Source of the DNA: an uncultured delta proteobacterium
GTDB taxonomy: Bacteria; Desulfobacterota; Desulfuromonadia; Desulfuromonadales; JACZKF01
DNA length: 64,000 nucleotides
Assembly (NCBI GenBank): GCA_963816395.1
Contig: CAWFKQ010000009.1
Location: forward strand, 96,001 to 160,000
Direction of reading: 5' to 3'
Positions 25,616 through 35,103 of the stretch are shown one piece after another. Each line of letters begins with the position of its first letter. Positions within the stretch are counted from its first letter, which is position 1. The translations under genes and the position numbers were made by a program. The notes beneath the pieces were generated by a model. It worked only from the letters and a program-made list of their open reading frames with translations, ran no database searches and had not been told where the DNA came from.

Positions 25616-25700
25616 GGCGCGGGGCAAGAGGCCAGCGGCAAGAGGAAAACCGCCGATCTCGAGGGTTTCCCTTTTGCCCCTTGCCTCTTGCCTTCGCGCC
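25616..25700. repeat. Long imperfect inverted repeat built from 7-nt units
   Basis: GGCGCG-GGGCAAGA-GGCCAGC-GGCAAGA-GGAAAACC pairs with GGTTTCC-CTTTTGCC-CCTTGCC-TCTTGCC-TTCGCGCC. Confidence 0.7.
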
Positions 25701-25719
25701 TGCCATCGAGGGTCTTCCG

Positions 25720-26436
25720 ATGACGAGGAAAGCTGTTGTTCTATATAGCGGTGGTCTTGACTCGACCACCTGTGTGGCAATTGCCCGTGCCGAGGGGTTC
25801 GTCCCCTACGCCCTCAGCTTCGCCTATGGGCAGCGTCACGCCGTCGAGCTGGCCAAGGCCCGGGAGAATGCGCCGAAGATCGGGGCGGCGGAGCACCTGG
25901 TGGTGGATTTCGACCTGCGGCGGATCGGCGGCAGCGCCCTCACTGCAGAGCTCGAGGTGCCGAAGGGCGAACCTGGCGAGGACGCCATCCCGGTCACCTA
26001 TGTTCCTGCCCGCAATACCATCTTTCTCTCCTTCGCCCTGGCCTGGGCCGAGGTGCTGGGCGCCTTCGACATCTTCATCGGGGTGAATGCCCTCGACTAC
26101 TCGGGTTATCCGGATTGCCGTCCCGAGTATATCGAGGCGTTCGAACGCATGGCCAATCTGGCCACGCGGGCCGGGGTGGAAGGGAAGGGGTCATTGCACA
26201 TCCACGCCCCGCTGATCGAATTATCGAAGGCCGAGATCATCTGCCGGGGGCTTTCCCTGGGGGTGGATTACGCCTGTACCCACTCCTGTTACGACCCGAC
26301 ACCCGCTGGTCTCGCCTGCGGCGACTGCGATTCCTGCCGGTTGCGTCTCAAGGGGTTTCGCGAAGCGGGGCTTGTTGATCCGATTGCCTACCTGGCGGGA
26401 AGCCATTCAGCAGCCGCGAGTCGGAAGTCAGAATAA
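25720..26436 (+). CDS. queC: 7-cyano-7-deazaguanine synthase QueC
   Basis: SGGLDST, YGQRH, TYVPARN, YPDCR and SCY...CGDCDSC motifs. Confidence 0.95.
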   Translation: MTRKAVVLYSGGLDSTTCVAIARAEGFVPYALSFAYGQRHAVELAKARENAPKIGAAEHLVVDFDLRRIGGSALTAELEVPKGEPGEDAIPVTYVPARNTIFLSFALAWAEVLGAFDIFIGVNALDYSGYPDCRPEYIEAFERMANLATRAGVEGKGSLHIHAPLIELSKAEIICRGLSLGVDYACTHSCYDPTPAGLACGDCDSCRLRLKGFREAGLVDPIAYLAGSHSAAASRKSE

Positions 26437-26500
26437 AGTCCCATCTCGCTCCCCCTTGTGTTCTTATTAAATCACATCCCTGAATCCCAGAGGTCGTCCC

Positions 26501-27280
26501 ATGTCCAGCATGCCCGATCTGCAGCGTTCCCCCGACACCCGCAACATCGCCATCGATAAGGTCGGGGTGAAGGATATCCGCTATCCCATTATGGTCATGG
26601 ACAAAAGCAAGGTACAGCAGCATACCGTGGCCCGCATCAACATGTACGTGGATCTTCCCCACCATTTCAAGGGGACCCACATGAGCCGGTTCATCGAGAT
26701 CCTCAACCAGTACCGGGGGGAGATCACCATCCGTAATATGGGGAAAATCCTGCAGGAGATGAAAGACCGGCTGGAGGCCTCCTGTGCCCACATGGAGCTG
26801 GAATTCCCCTATTTCATTGAGAAGGAAGCCCCGGTTTCCCGCGCCCGCGGCTTGATGGAATACCAGTGTCGGCTGCGAGGCACCCTGGGCAAGGAAAAGG
26901 ATTTCGTTCTGGCGGTGACGGTGCCGGTGACCTCCCTCTGCCCCTGTTCGCGGGAAATCAGCGCCCGCGGCGCCCACAACCAGCGCAGCGCGGTGACGGT
27001 GGAGATCCGGATGAAAAGGTTCATCTGGATCGAGGACCTGATCGCCTGGGTGGAAGAATGCGGCAGCGCCCCGGTGTACTCCCTGCTCAAGCGGGAGGAC
27101 GAGAAAGCGGTCACTGAGATGGCTTACGATCATCCGATGTTTGTCGAAGATATCGTGCGGGCGGTCACCGAGAAGCTGCAGGCGGTTCCGGACATCCTGT
27201 GGTTCCGGGTGGAGTGTGAAAATTTCGAATCGATTCACAAGCATTCCGCCTATGCCCTGGTGGAAATCGACCATCGATAG
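26501..27280 (+). CDS. folE2: GTP cyclohydrolase I type 2 FolE2
   Basis: KGTHMSRF, SLCPCS, AHNQRS, LLKREDEK, FVEDIVR and ESIHKHSA motifs. Confidence 0.95.
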   Translation: MSSMPDLQRSPDTRNIAIDKVGVKDIRYPIMVMDKSKVQQHTVARINMYVDLPHHFKGTHMSRFIEILNQYRGEITIRNMGKILQEMKDRLEASCAHMELEFPYFIEKEAPVSRARGLMEYQCRLRGTLGKEKDFVLAVTVPVTSLCPCSREISARGAHNQRSAVTVEIRMKRFIWIEDLIAWVEECGSAPVYSLLKREDEKAVTEMAYDHPMFVEDIVRAVTEKLQAVPDILWFRVECENFESIHKHSAYALVEIDHR

Positions 27281-27293
27281 CGCTATCCCCCAT

Positions 27294-27323
27294 TGTGGAT
27301 AACCCTGTGAAAACGGTGGAAAA
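27294..27323. promoter_or_regulatory. Tandem DnaA-box cluster downstream of folE2
   Basis: TGTGGATAA (perfect, 27294), TGTGAAAAC (27306) and GGTGGAAAA (27315). Confidence 0.68.
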
Positions 27324-27999
27324 GTCACGGCAGGCGCCTTCCGCGGCCCTTGGCGGGAGAGCTGTTCTGGGGATATTTGCCAAGGAACCGGTGCCGGGGC
27401 AGGTGAAAACCCGGCTCTGCCCTCCCTTCTCGCCGGAACAGGCAGCCGAATTTCACCGCCTTGCTCTCGCCGAGACGGTGGCCGCAATGAGCGGCGGCTC
27501 CTTTGCCCTGGTCCTCTGCCACACCGGCGGCGGCGACTTTTTCCGCCGCTGCTTCCCCGGTCTGCCCCTGCTGGCGCAGGGGGAGGGTGACCTGGGGAGG
27601 CGCATGGAGCGGACGCTGCGGCGATTGCTCGCCGCCGGCTGCCGGTCGGCGGCGCTGATCGGGGCCGACACCCCGGACCTGCCGCGCTCCCTGGCCGAAA
27701 ACGCCTTCACCGCCCTGGAAAGAGCCGACTTCGTCACCGCCCCGGCGGCCGACGGCGGCTACGTGCTGGTTGGGGTCAAAAGCCCGCAGCCGGTGCTGTT
27801 CAGGGATATCCCCTGGGGGTCCCCGGAGGTCCTCGCCGTCACCCGCTGCCGGGCAGCGGCACTGGCGATCGCCTATAGCGAAATTGCAGGGTGGGACGAT
27901 ATTGACGATCCGCCCTCCCTCGAGCGGCTGCTGGCGCGGGCGCCGACCTCAGCCGCGGCGCGCTTTGCCGCCGGGGTGCTGGGCGTGGATCGCGTCTAG
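27295..27999 (+). CDS. DUF2064/TIGR04282-type nucleotide-diphospho-sugar transferase-fold protein (start uncertain)
   Basis: IFAKEPVPGQVKTRL, QGEGDLGRRM, IGADTPDL, PAADGGYVL and DIDD motifs. Confidence 0.8.
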   Translation: MDNPVKTVEKSRQAPSAALGGRAVLGIFAKEPVPGQVKTRLCPPFSPEQAAEFHRLALAETVAAMSGGSFALVLCHTGGGDFFRRCFPGLPLLAQGEGDLGRRMERTLRRLLAAGCRSAALIGADTPDLPRSLAENAFTALERADFVTAPAADGGYVLVGVKSPQPVLFRDIPWGSPEVLAVTRCRAAALAIAYSEIAGWDDIDDPPSLERLLARAPTSAAARFAAGVLGVDRV

Positions 28000-28729
28000 C
28001 GGTCGAGAAGCAGGCGCTCGGGATGAAGGCCCTGCAGCCGGCTGTACAAGGTTTCCCCCTGGGGGTCCGCTATCAGATGCAGCCAGCCGCCGATATGGAC
28101 GAGGTGGCGCCCGGGGGCGAGGAGCCGACGGATCTCCGCCGCCATTCTCGCATCGCGCCGGCCGATCCCGTCAGTTCCCCGCCGAGCGTTGAGAAAGGCC
28201 AGGCGCACCGCCGCCGGCCTTTCCTGCAGGAGCAGGGCGCGGGCGATCTCAGCCCCTTCGGCTGATGATCGACAAGGCGGCAGGGCGAGCAGCGCCCGCA
28301 GGTTCTCCGGGGTGATCAGCTCTCTTTCCACCAGACGCAGCTGGCGGGCGGAAATCGGGGAAAGATCGAGTAAGGTGAGAGGAGATATCGGCCGCCCGGG
28401 CGTAAGCGGCCGCTGCCCGGTACTCGAATGGCAGGGCCAGGAGCCGGCGGATGCCGGCGACCTCCGGGTGTCCGGCGAGCTCCCGCCGCTTCCGGCCGGT
28501 CTCGATGGCGAGCCGGTCGAGCAGCGTTTCCAGTCTGGAGAGGAGGAGCGGGCCGCGGCGCTGCCGGAAAGCCAGGGCATATGGGCTCATTTCCAAGGTG
28601 AGGCGGGTGGGCCGCAAATCACCCAAGCAACCGACGCAGACAGGCCGCTCCCCGCCAGCGATGCACAGTGCCCACCAGGGTGAGGCGCGCGGGGCTGTCA
28701 GCCCCTTTAACCTCGGAGAGTGGCCGCAT
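27996..28729 (-). CDS. Hypothetical protein, possibly TraB/Tiki/ChaN-fold; split by apparent indels
   Basis: Joined frames give LTLVGTVH...RPTRLTLEMSP...PFEYRAA...RRDARMA...LVHIGGWLHL; directly downstream of ilvA. Confidence 0.55.
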
Positions 28730-29915
28730 AGCCGGCTTGCGCCAGGCGCTCGAGGATCTCGCGGATATGCTCGGCTCCGCGGGTCTCCAGCTCCAGACGA
28801 ATCTCGGCCCGTTCCAGGGGAAGTCCAGCCGAGCGGCGGTCGTGGCTGATGTGGAAGACATTGGCTCCCAGTTCGGCCAGCAGGGTCGCCAGGGCGGCGA
28901 GGGAACCAGGGGTATCGAGAAGCTCCAGACGCAGCTGGAGATAGCGCCCTTCCGCCATCATTCCCCGCTGCACCACCCGAGAGATCGTCTGTACATCGAT
29001 GTTGCCGCCGGAGAGGAGGCAGACTGTCGGGCCGCCACACGGCAGATGATGGCCGTAAAGGACGGCCGCCAGGCTCACCGCCCCGGCTCCCTCCACCACC
29101 AGCTTCCTTTTCTCCATCAGACCGACGATGGCCTGGGCGATTTCCTCCTCTTCGACCGTGACCAATTCATCCACCAGATCCTCGATGACGGGAAAGGTCA
29201 ACCGGCCAAGGCTTTTGACAACGATTCCGTCGGCGAGTGAGCGGGCGGCGGCAAGGGTCACCGGCGCTCCCCGCCGGCGGGAGAGAAGGGCGGCCGGAGC
29301 GCCGGCGGCCTCCACTCCCACCAGGCGCAGCCCGGGTTTGATACCCTTGGCGGCGAGGGCGATTCCGGCTATCAGGCCGCCGCCGCCGATGGGAACGACC
29401 AGGGTTTCCACGGCCGGCAGGTCCTCGAGAATTTCCAGGCCGATCGTTCCCTGCCCGGCGATGACCAGCCGGTGATCGAAGGCCGGGATGTAGAGCAGTT
29501 CCCGGTCCGTGGCGAGTTCTTCAGCCAGCGCCGCCGCCTCGTCGAAGCCGGCCCCGTGCAGCACCACTTCGGCGCCGTAGTGGCGGGTGGCGAGCACCTT
29601 CGCCAGCGGGGTTGTCTCCGGCATCACCACCAGGGCCGGCACCCCCTGCTGACCGGCAGCGCAGGCCACTCCCTGGGCATGATTGCCGGCCGAGGCGGTA
29701 ATGACCCCTCGTTTGAGGGCGGATGGCGGCTGCTGCAGGAGGAAATTGAGAGCCCCGCGGATCTTGAAGGAGCCGGTTCGCTGCAGGTTTTCGCACTTGA
29801 AAAAGAGCGGCCGGCCGATGACCGATGAAAAGTACTCGGATTGGATCAATTCGGTCCGGCGGATGCGCCCCTGCAGGAGGGCGGCGGCCTGGCGGATGGC
29901 GGCGAGATCGGGCAT
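28707..29915 (-). CDS. ilvA: Threonine ammonia-lyase with C-terminal ACT domain
   Basis: KCENLQRTGSFKIRGA, ASAGNHAQG, IGGGGLI, SGGNID and ACT LLDTPGSL motifs. Confidence 0.92.
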   Translation of the reverse strand: MPDLAAIRQAAALLQGRIRRTELIQSEYFSSVIGRPLFFKCENLQRTGSFKIRGALNFLLQQPPSALKRGVITASAGNHAQGVACAAGQQGVPALVVMPETTPLAKVLATRHYGAEVVLHGAGFDEAAALAEELATDRELLYIPAFDHRLVIAGQGTIGLEILEDLPAVETLVVPIGGGGLIAGIALAAKGIKPGLRLVGVEAAGAPAALLSRRRGAPVTLAAARSLADGIVVKSLGRLTFPVIEDLVDELVTVEEEEIAQAIVGLMEKRKLVVEGAGAVSLAAVLYGHHLPCGGPTVCLLSGGNIDVQTISRVVQRGMMAEGRYLQLRLELLDTPGSLAALATLLAELGANVFHISHDRRSAGLPLERAEIRLELETRGAEHIREILERLAQAGYAATLRG

Positions 29916-30060
29916 GGTGTCCTCCCGCAGAATTCTCTTCCAGCATAACGCGGCCGCAGTCTCCTGACAATATGGCTGACGCGTGGGTCCCCAGACGCTG
30001 GATACTCATTTAACTGATTGAAAAATCGAAGATAAATAATACAGTGCGGGGCGATAGCGG

Positions 30061-30089
30061 TTGACTTGCGGTGGCGAATGGCCGATAAT
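30061..30089 (+). promoter_or_regulatory. Putative sigma70 promoter of the tol-pal operon
   Basis: TTGACT-N17-GATAAT upstream of tolQ. Confidence 0.5.
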
Positions 30090-30165
30090 CCCCCCCGGTG
30101 CCCCGTTCCCGGCCGGTTGCTGACGGGGCCGTCCATTTCCGTAACTAAAAAAGGGAGGCGGAACG

Positions 30166-30834
30166 TTGGAACTTGTTCTCGGTGCCGGACCGGTAGTCAA
30201 GCTGGTCCTGCTTATCCTGGCTTATTTCTCGGTCGTTTCCTGGGCGATCATCTTCTATAAATTCCGCTCCATTCACCGGGCCATCCGCGATTCGGAACGT
30301 TTTCTCGATTTTTTCTGGGCGAAGAAGCGTTTCGACGCCATCAGCCATGGGCTTAAGGATTTTCCGGGCTCGCCGCTGGCGGTGCTGTTTCGCGAAGGCT
30401 TTCAGGAGCTGATCAAGACCCAGCGGCGGCGCGACGGAGAGGAGGAGGGCTTCTCCGCCGAAATTACGGGAAGCGGGAATGTGGCCCGGGCCCTGCGCCG
30501 GGCCACCACCCTGGAGACCCATCGGCTGGAGAAGTTTCTGACCTTTCTCGCCACCACCGGCTCCACGGCCCCTTTCATCGGCCTGTTCGGCACCGTCTGG
30601 GGGATTATGGATTCTTTCCACGGCATCGGCCAGAGCGGCAGCGCCTCTCTGGCGGTAGTCGCCCCGGGGATCTCCGAAGCCCTGGTGGCGACCGCCATCG
30701 GCCTGGTGGCGGCCATACCCGCGGTCATGGGATACAACCATTTCGTCAACAAGGTGAACGTGCTCACCGGCGAGATGGACAATTTCAGCCAGGAGTTCCT
30801 CAACATCATCGAGCGCCAGGCGCGGAGGAGCTGA
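30166..30834 (+). CDS. tolQ: TolQ
   Basis: LATTGSTAPFIGLFGTVWGIM and VAPGISEALVATAIGL motifs; first gene of the tol-pal cluster. Confidence 0.93.
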   Translation: MELVLGAGPVVKLVLLILAYFSVVSWAIIFYKFRSIHRAIRDSERFLDFFWAKKRFDAISHGLKDFPGSPLAVLFREGFQELIKTQRRRDGEEEGFSAEITGSGNVARALRRATTLETHRLEKFLTFLATTGSTAPFIGLFGTVWGIMDSFHGIGQSGSASLAVVAPGISEALVATAIGLVAAIPAVMGYNHFVNKVNVLTGEMDNFSQEFLNIIERQARRS

Positions 30835-30836
30835 AG

Positions 30837-31259
<423 letters not shown>

Positions 31260-31280
31260 GTCCGAAGACGCACCCGACCA

Positions 31281-32238
31281 ATGGTCCGTAATCGACCTTA
31301 TCAGCGGGGGATGGCTGCGAACCCCGAGGCGGGGATGGGGCGCATGATGCTCCTGTCCCTCGGTCTGCACGTGGGTATTGTGCTCCTTTTTGCCGGGGTG
31401 CTGCTGCCCCGTTTCCACCGGCAGCCGCCGCCCGTCTACTATGTCGACCTGGTCAACCTGCCGGTGCCGGAGCCCCAGGCCGGCCGGCCCGATGCCCGTC
31501 CCGAACCGCAGATCAAACCGGAAGCGAAGCACCGGCGCCGATGCCAAAAACCGAAAAACCGCAGCCGGAACCGGAACCGGAACTGAAGGCGGAGCCTGCG
31601 AAACCTCCGGAGCCCGAACCGAAAGCGGAGCCTGTCAAACCGCCGGAGCCCGAACCGAAAGTCGTCATTCCGGCCAAACCGGAACCGAAGCCGCAGCCGA
31701 AACCAGCGCCCGAGCCGCCGAAACCGCGGCCCGAGCCGAAACCGCAGCCGGCGAAAAAAGCGCCGCCGCCGGTCAGACCGGAGAAGCCGTCAAAAGAACA
31801 ATATCAGGGCGCGCTGGAAAAGATGGAGAAGATGCGGCGGGAGCAGGAAATCGCCGATTTGAAACGGAAACTTGCGGCCATGGCCGCAGACGACCCCCGC
31901 AAGCAGCCGGCGCCGGCCGAGGCGCCGGTGGGGATGCCGACCGGCAAGGGGACGCAGGCCGGGCCCGATGAGCAGGCGTGGATCCAGGAATTTCTGAAAG
32001 AGAACTGGAACCTCTCCAAATACCAGGTGACCCGTCGCGACCTGAAGGCCCGGACGCAAGCTCACCTTTAATGCCGAGGGGGCACTGCTGCGACTACCAG
32101 ATTCTCTCTCCCTCGGGCGATGCCGTTTTCGACGATTCGGTGCGCACGGCGATCCTCAAGGCGAAACAGCTGCCCTTCCGACCCGAGCGCCGCCTGGAAA
32201 TCGATGTCGAATTCAACCTCAAGGATCTTTTGGAATAA
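31281..32238 (+). CDS. tolA: TolA/TonB-like energy transducer; two apparent indels (~31535, ~32065)
   Basis: TM SLGLH motif, Pro/Glu/Lys-rich linker, C-terminal SGDAVFDDSVRTAI; between tolR and tolB. Confidence 0.82.
31586..31657 (+). repeat. 36-nt tandem duplication in the tolA linker
   Basis: Two units encoding KAEPAKPPEPEP / KAEPVKPPEPEP. Confidence 0.8.
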
Positions 32239-32242
32239 CCCA

Positions 32243-33533
32243 ATGACCCGATTTTTACCCGTTTTCCTCACTGCTCTGCTGCTGGCGACCCCCGCCTTCG
32301 CGCAGATCGAGGTTCGTGCACCCGGACAGCAGACGATCCCCCTGGCGGTCGTTTCCTTCCTGCCGCAGGAGCCGGGGGCGTCGCCGGCGGTAGCCCGGGA
32401 GATCGGCGAGGTGCTGACCGCCGATCTCGGGTTTTCCGGACTTTTTTCCCTGGTCGATCCGGCCTCTTTCCTCTCCGATGCGCACCAGCCAGGACTGACC
32501 AGTGCCGACGTCGATTTCGGTCAGTGGCGCCTGCTCGGCGCCGAGGCGGTGATCAAGGGGACCTATTCGGTCCGGGGAGAGGATCTGGTGCTCGAAGCAC
32601 GGCTCTTCGACACCATTGGTCGGCGCCTGCTCGCCGGCCGGCGGTATCTCGGCAAGGTCAAGGATGTCCGGCGCATGGCGCATACCTTCGCCGATCAGGT
32701 CCTGAAGGGACTGACCGGCGAGGAAGGACCGTTCAACAGCCGCATCGCCTATATCTGCAACAAAACCGGGCATAAGGAGCTTTACCTGATGGATGTGGAC
32801 GGGAAAAATCCCATCCGCATAACCGATCATCGCTCCATTGTTCTTAATCCCGATTTCTCCCCGGTTGGTAAGGAATTGATCTTCACTTCCTACCGAGCCG
32901 GTAACCCCGACCTGTACCGCAAGGAAATCTATTCGGGCCAGGAGGCCCGGGTATCGTCCCGGCCGGGACTGAACATCGCCGGCCGCTACCGCCCGGACGG
33001 TCGGGAAATTGTCCTCACGCTGTCGCAGGCAGGCAATTCGGAGCTGTAACCTGATCGGTACCGACGGCCTGATGCACAAGCGCCTGACCGACAACTGGGG
33101 AATCGACGTCGATGCCAGCTGGAGCCCGAAAGGGGACGAGATCGCCTTTGTTTCCGACCGCCAGGGCAATCCACACATCTTTATCATCGACGTCATCAGC
33201 GGTGCCGTCCGCCGGCTCACCGACTCGGGCAAATACAACTCCACCCCTGCCTGGAGCCCGAAGGGCGACCGCATCGCCTTCAGCCGCTTGGAGGGCGGGC
33301 AGTTCGACATCTATACCATCCGCCCGGACGGTAGTGACGAGCGGCGCCTGAGCTTCGGTCCAGGCAGCAAGGAGCACCCGCGCTGGAGCCCCGACGGCCG
33401 CTTTCTCGTCTACTCCCTGGACTTGGGCGGCGCCAAGGCGATCTATCAGATGCGTGCCGACGGAACCGGCGCGCGACGAATTTCCCCGCCGGGTGGCGAC
33501 TGTACCCATCCCGCCTGGTCAGGCCGGTGGTAA
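32243..33533 (+). CDS. tolB: TolB; one apparent indel (~33047)
   Basis: Signal peptide, TolB N-domain (AHTFADQV..LTGEEGPFNSRIAY) and PD40 repeats (WSPKG, WSPDG). Confidence 0.92.
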
Positions 33534-33614
33534 ATCGTTTGTTTTTTGGCTCCATTCTTGTATAATCGGTCTTATTTTGCCGAGAATTAATCCCGAACGA
33601 AGGAGCGGAAACCC

Positions 33615-34175
33615 ATGAAAAAACTGAACATGCTGCGCTTGGTCCTGCTGTTTTCCCTGGCCGCCCTACTGGCGATGGGATGTGCGAAGAAACCGGCACC
33701 AGAGGCGGCTGCGGCCGGCGAAGCGCCGGTCGTGTCGGAAACTCCCGCTCAGCAGGAACCGCAAGGAGTGCAGGAGCAGGCGGTTACCGAAGCGCCGGTT
33801 ACCGAGCAGGGCGCGGCCATGCAGGCTCAGGCACCTGCCGCGGCAGCCGAACTGCAGCCCATCCTCTTCGATTTCGACCAGTACACCCTGACCCCCCAGG
33901 CCCAGCAGACCCTGGCGGATAACGCCGCCTATCTGAAGGCCCACCCCCAGGAAAGCATCCTCATCGAAGGGCACTGCGACGAGCGCGGTTCTGACGAATA
34001 CAACCTTGCCCTGGGCGAAAGACGGGCCCGGGCGGGGCGCGATTATCTGATTTCTCTGGGCATTGCCGGCAATCGGCTGTCCACCATCTCCTACGGGGAG
34101 GAGAAGCCCCTCGATCCGGACCATACCGAGGCGGCCTGGGCCAAGAACCGGCGGGACGAATTCAAGGTCCGCTGA
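33615..34175 (+). CDS. pal: Peptidoglycan-associated lipoprotein Pal
   Basis: Lipobox LAMGC; OmpA-like domain EGHCDERGSDEYNLALGERRA, SYGEEKP, KNRR. Confidence 0.95.
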   Translation: MKKLNMLRLVLLFSLAALLAMGCAKKPAPEAAAAGEAPVVSETPAQQEPQGVQEQAVTEAPVTEQGAAMQAQAPAAAAELQPILFDFDQYTLTPQAQQTLADNAAYLKAHPQESILIEGHCDERGSDEYNLALGERRARAGRDYLISLGIAGNRLSTISYGEEKPLDPDHTEAAWAKNRRDEFKVR

Positions 34176-34187
34176 TCCGTACGGTAA

Positions 34188-34214
34188 ACGAGGCCGCACT
34201 TGCTGCGGCCTCGT
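34188..34214. repeat. 11-bp stem-loop between pal and cpoB
   Basis: ACGAGGCCGCA-N5-TGCGGCCTCGT. Confidence 0.65.
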
Positions 34215-34236
34215 GCCTTTCAGGGAGGAACAAGCC

Positions 34237-35049
34237 ATGAGCATGTGGTTGAAGGGGCTGTCGATCCTGCTCCTGAGCGCGGTGCTGGCCGCCTGTATTC
34301 CCACCCAGCAGCAGCTGGCGATGGAGCGGGACATGGCAGTGATGAAGCGGCGACTGGCCGATATCGAGCGCAGCACCGCGACCATGCGTCAGGACCGCAC
34401 CGGGGAAGTGAAGGAGCGGCTGGACGCCCTTGGCCGCAGCCTGGCCGATCAGCAGGCGGCCCTCGATGCCCTGCGGGTGGATCTGCAGGCGGTAAATGGA
34501 AAGATTGAGGACCAGGCGCACGAACGAGCCGGGATGCGGGATGAATTTGCCTTAGCGCGGGACGATCTGGCGCTGAAGATCACCGCCTTGGAAGATCGTA
34601 TGGCCAAGTTGGAGGCCGCCCGCTCCGCCCCTCCCCCGGCCCCGGCCTCTCCGGCGGCCGAGTCGCCGGATAGCCAGTATGAACAGGGGGTGGCCTTGAT
34701 TCAGCAGAAGGGGGAGTACGCCAAGGGGCGTGAGCAGCTGCAGGGATTTCTCAACAGCAACCCCAAAAGCCCCCTGGCGGTGAATGCGATGTACTGGATC
34801 GGCGAGTCCTACTATGGAGAGAAAAAGTATGAGAACGCCATTCTCCAGTTCCAGGATGTGATCCAGAAATACGGCGACCATCCCAAGGTCGCCGCTGCGC
34901 TGCTCAAGCAGGGCTACGCCTTCGCCGTACTGGGGGACAAGAAGAACGCCAAAGTGATCCTGCAGCGCCTCATCGATACCTTTCCCCTCTCCGAAGAGGC
35001 GAAGAAGGCCAATGAACGTTTGGCGGAATGGAGCAAAGGAAAATCCTGA
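34237..35049 (+). CDS. cpoB: Tol-Pal coordinator CpoB/YbgF
   Basis: Lipobox LAAC, coiled coil, TPR NAMYWIGESYY and ALLKQG; follows pal. Confidence 0.9.
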   Translation: MSMWLKGLSILLLSAVLAACIPTQQQLAMERDMAVMKRRLADIERSTATMRQDRTGEVKERLDALGRSLADQQAALDALRVDLQAVNGKIEDQAHERAGMRDEFALARDDLALKITALEDRMAKLEAARSAPPPAPASPAAESPDSQYEQGVALIQQKGEYAKGREQLQGFLNSNPKSPLAVNAMYWIGESYYGEKKYENAILQFQDVIQKYGDHPKVAAALLKQGYAFAVLGDKKNAKVILQRLIDTFPLSEEAKKANERLAEWSKGKS

Positions 35050-35071
35050 GGGAACAGAGCGCACCTTGACC

Positions 35072-35097
35072 AGGGCGGCCATTGGCCGCCCTTTTTT
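35072..35097 (+). terminator. Intrinsic terminator of the tol-pal operon
   Basis: AGGGCGGCC-ATT-GGCCGCCC followed by TTTTTT. Confidence 0.85.
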
Positions 35098-35103
35098 ATG
35101 CGC

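Noticed and set aside
25610..25719. preQ1 riboswitch upstream of queC
   Set aside because: There is no preQ1-type stem with an A-rich tail; the spacer is occupied by the heptamer inverted repeat.
31541..31790. CRISPR-like or VNTR array in tolA
   Set aside because: These are coding Pro/Glu/Lys repeats with no unique spacers, and no cas genes are present.
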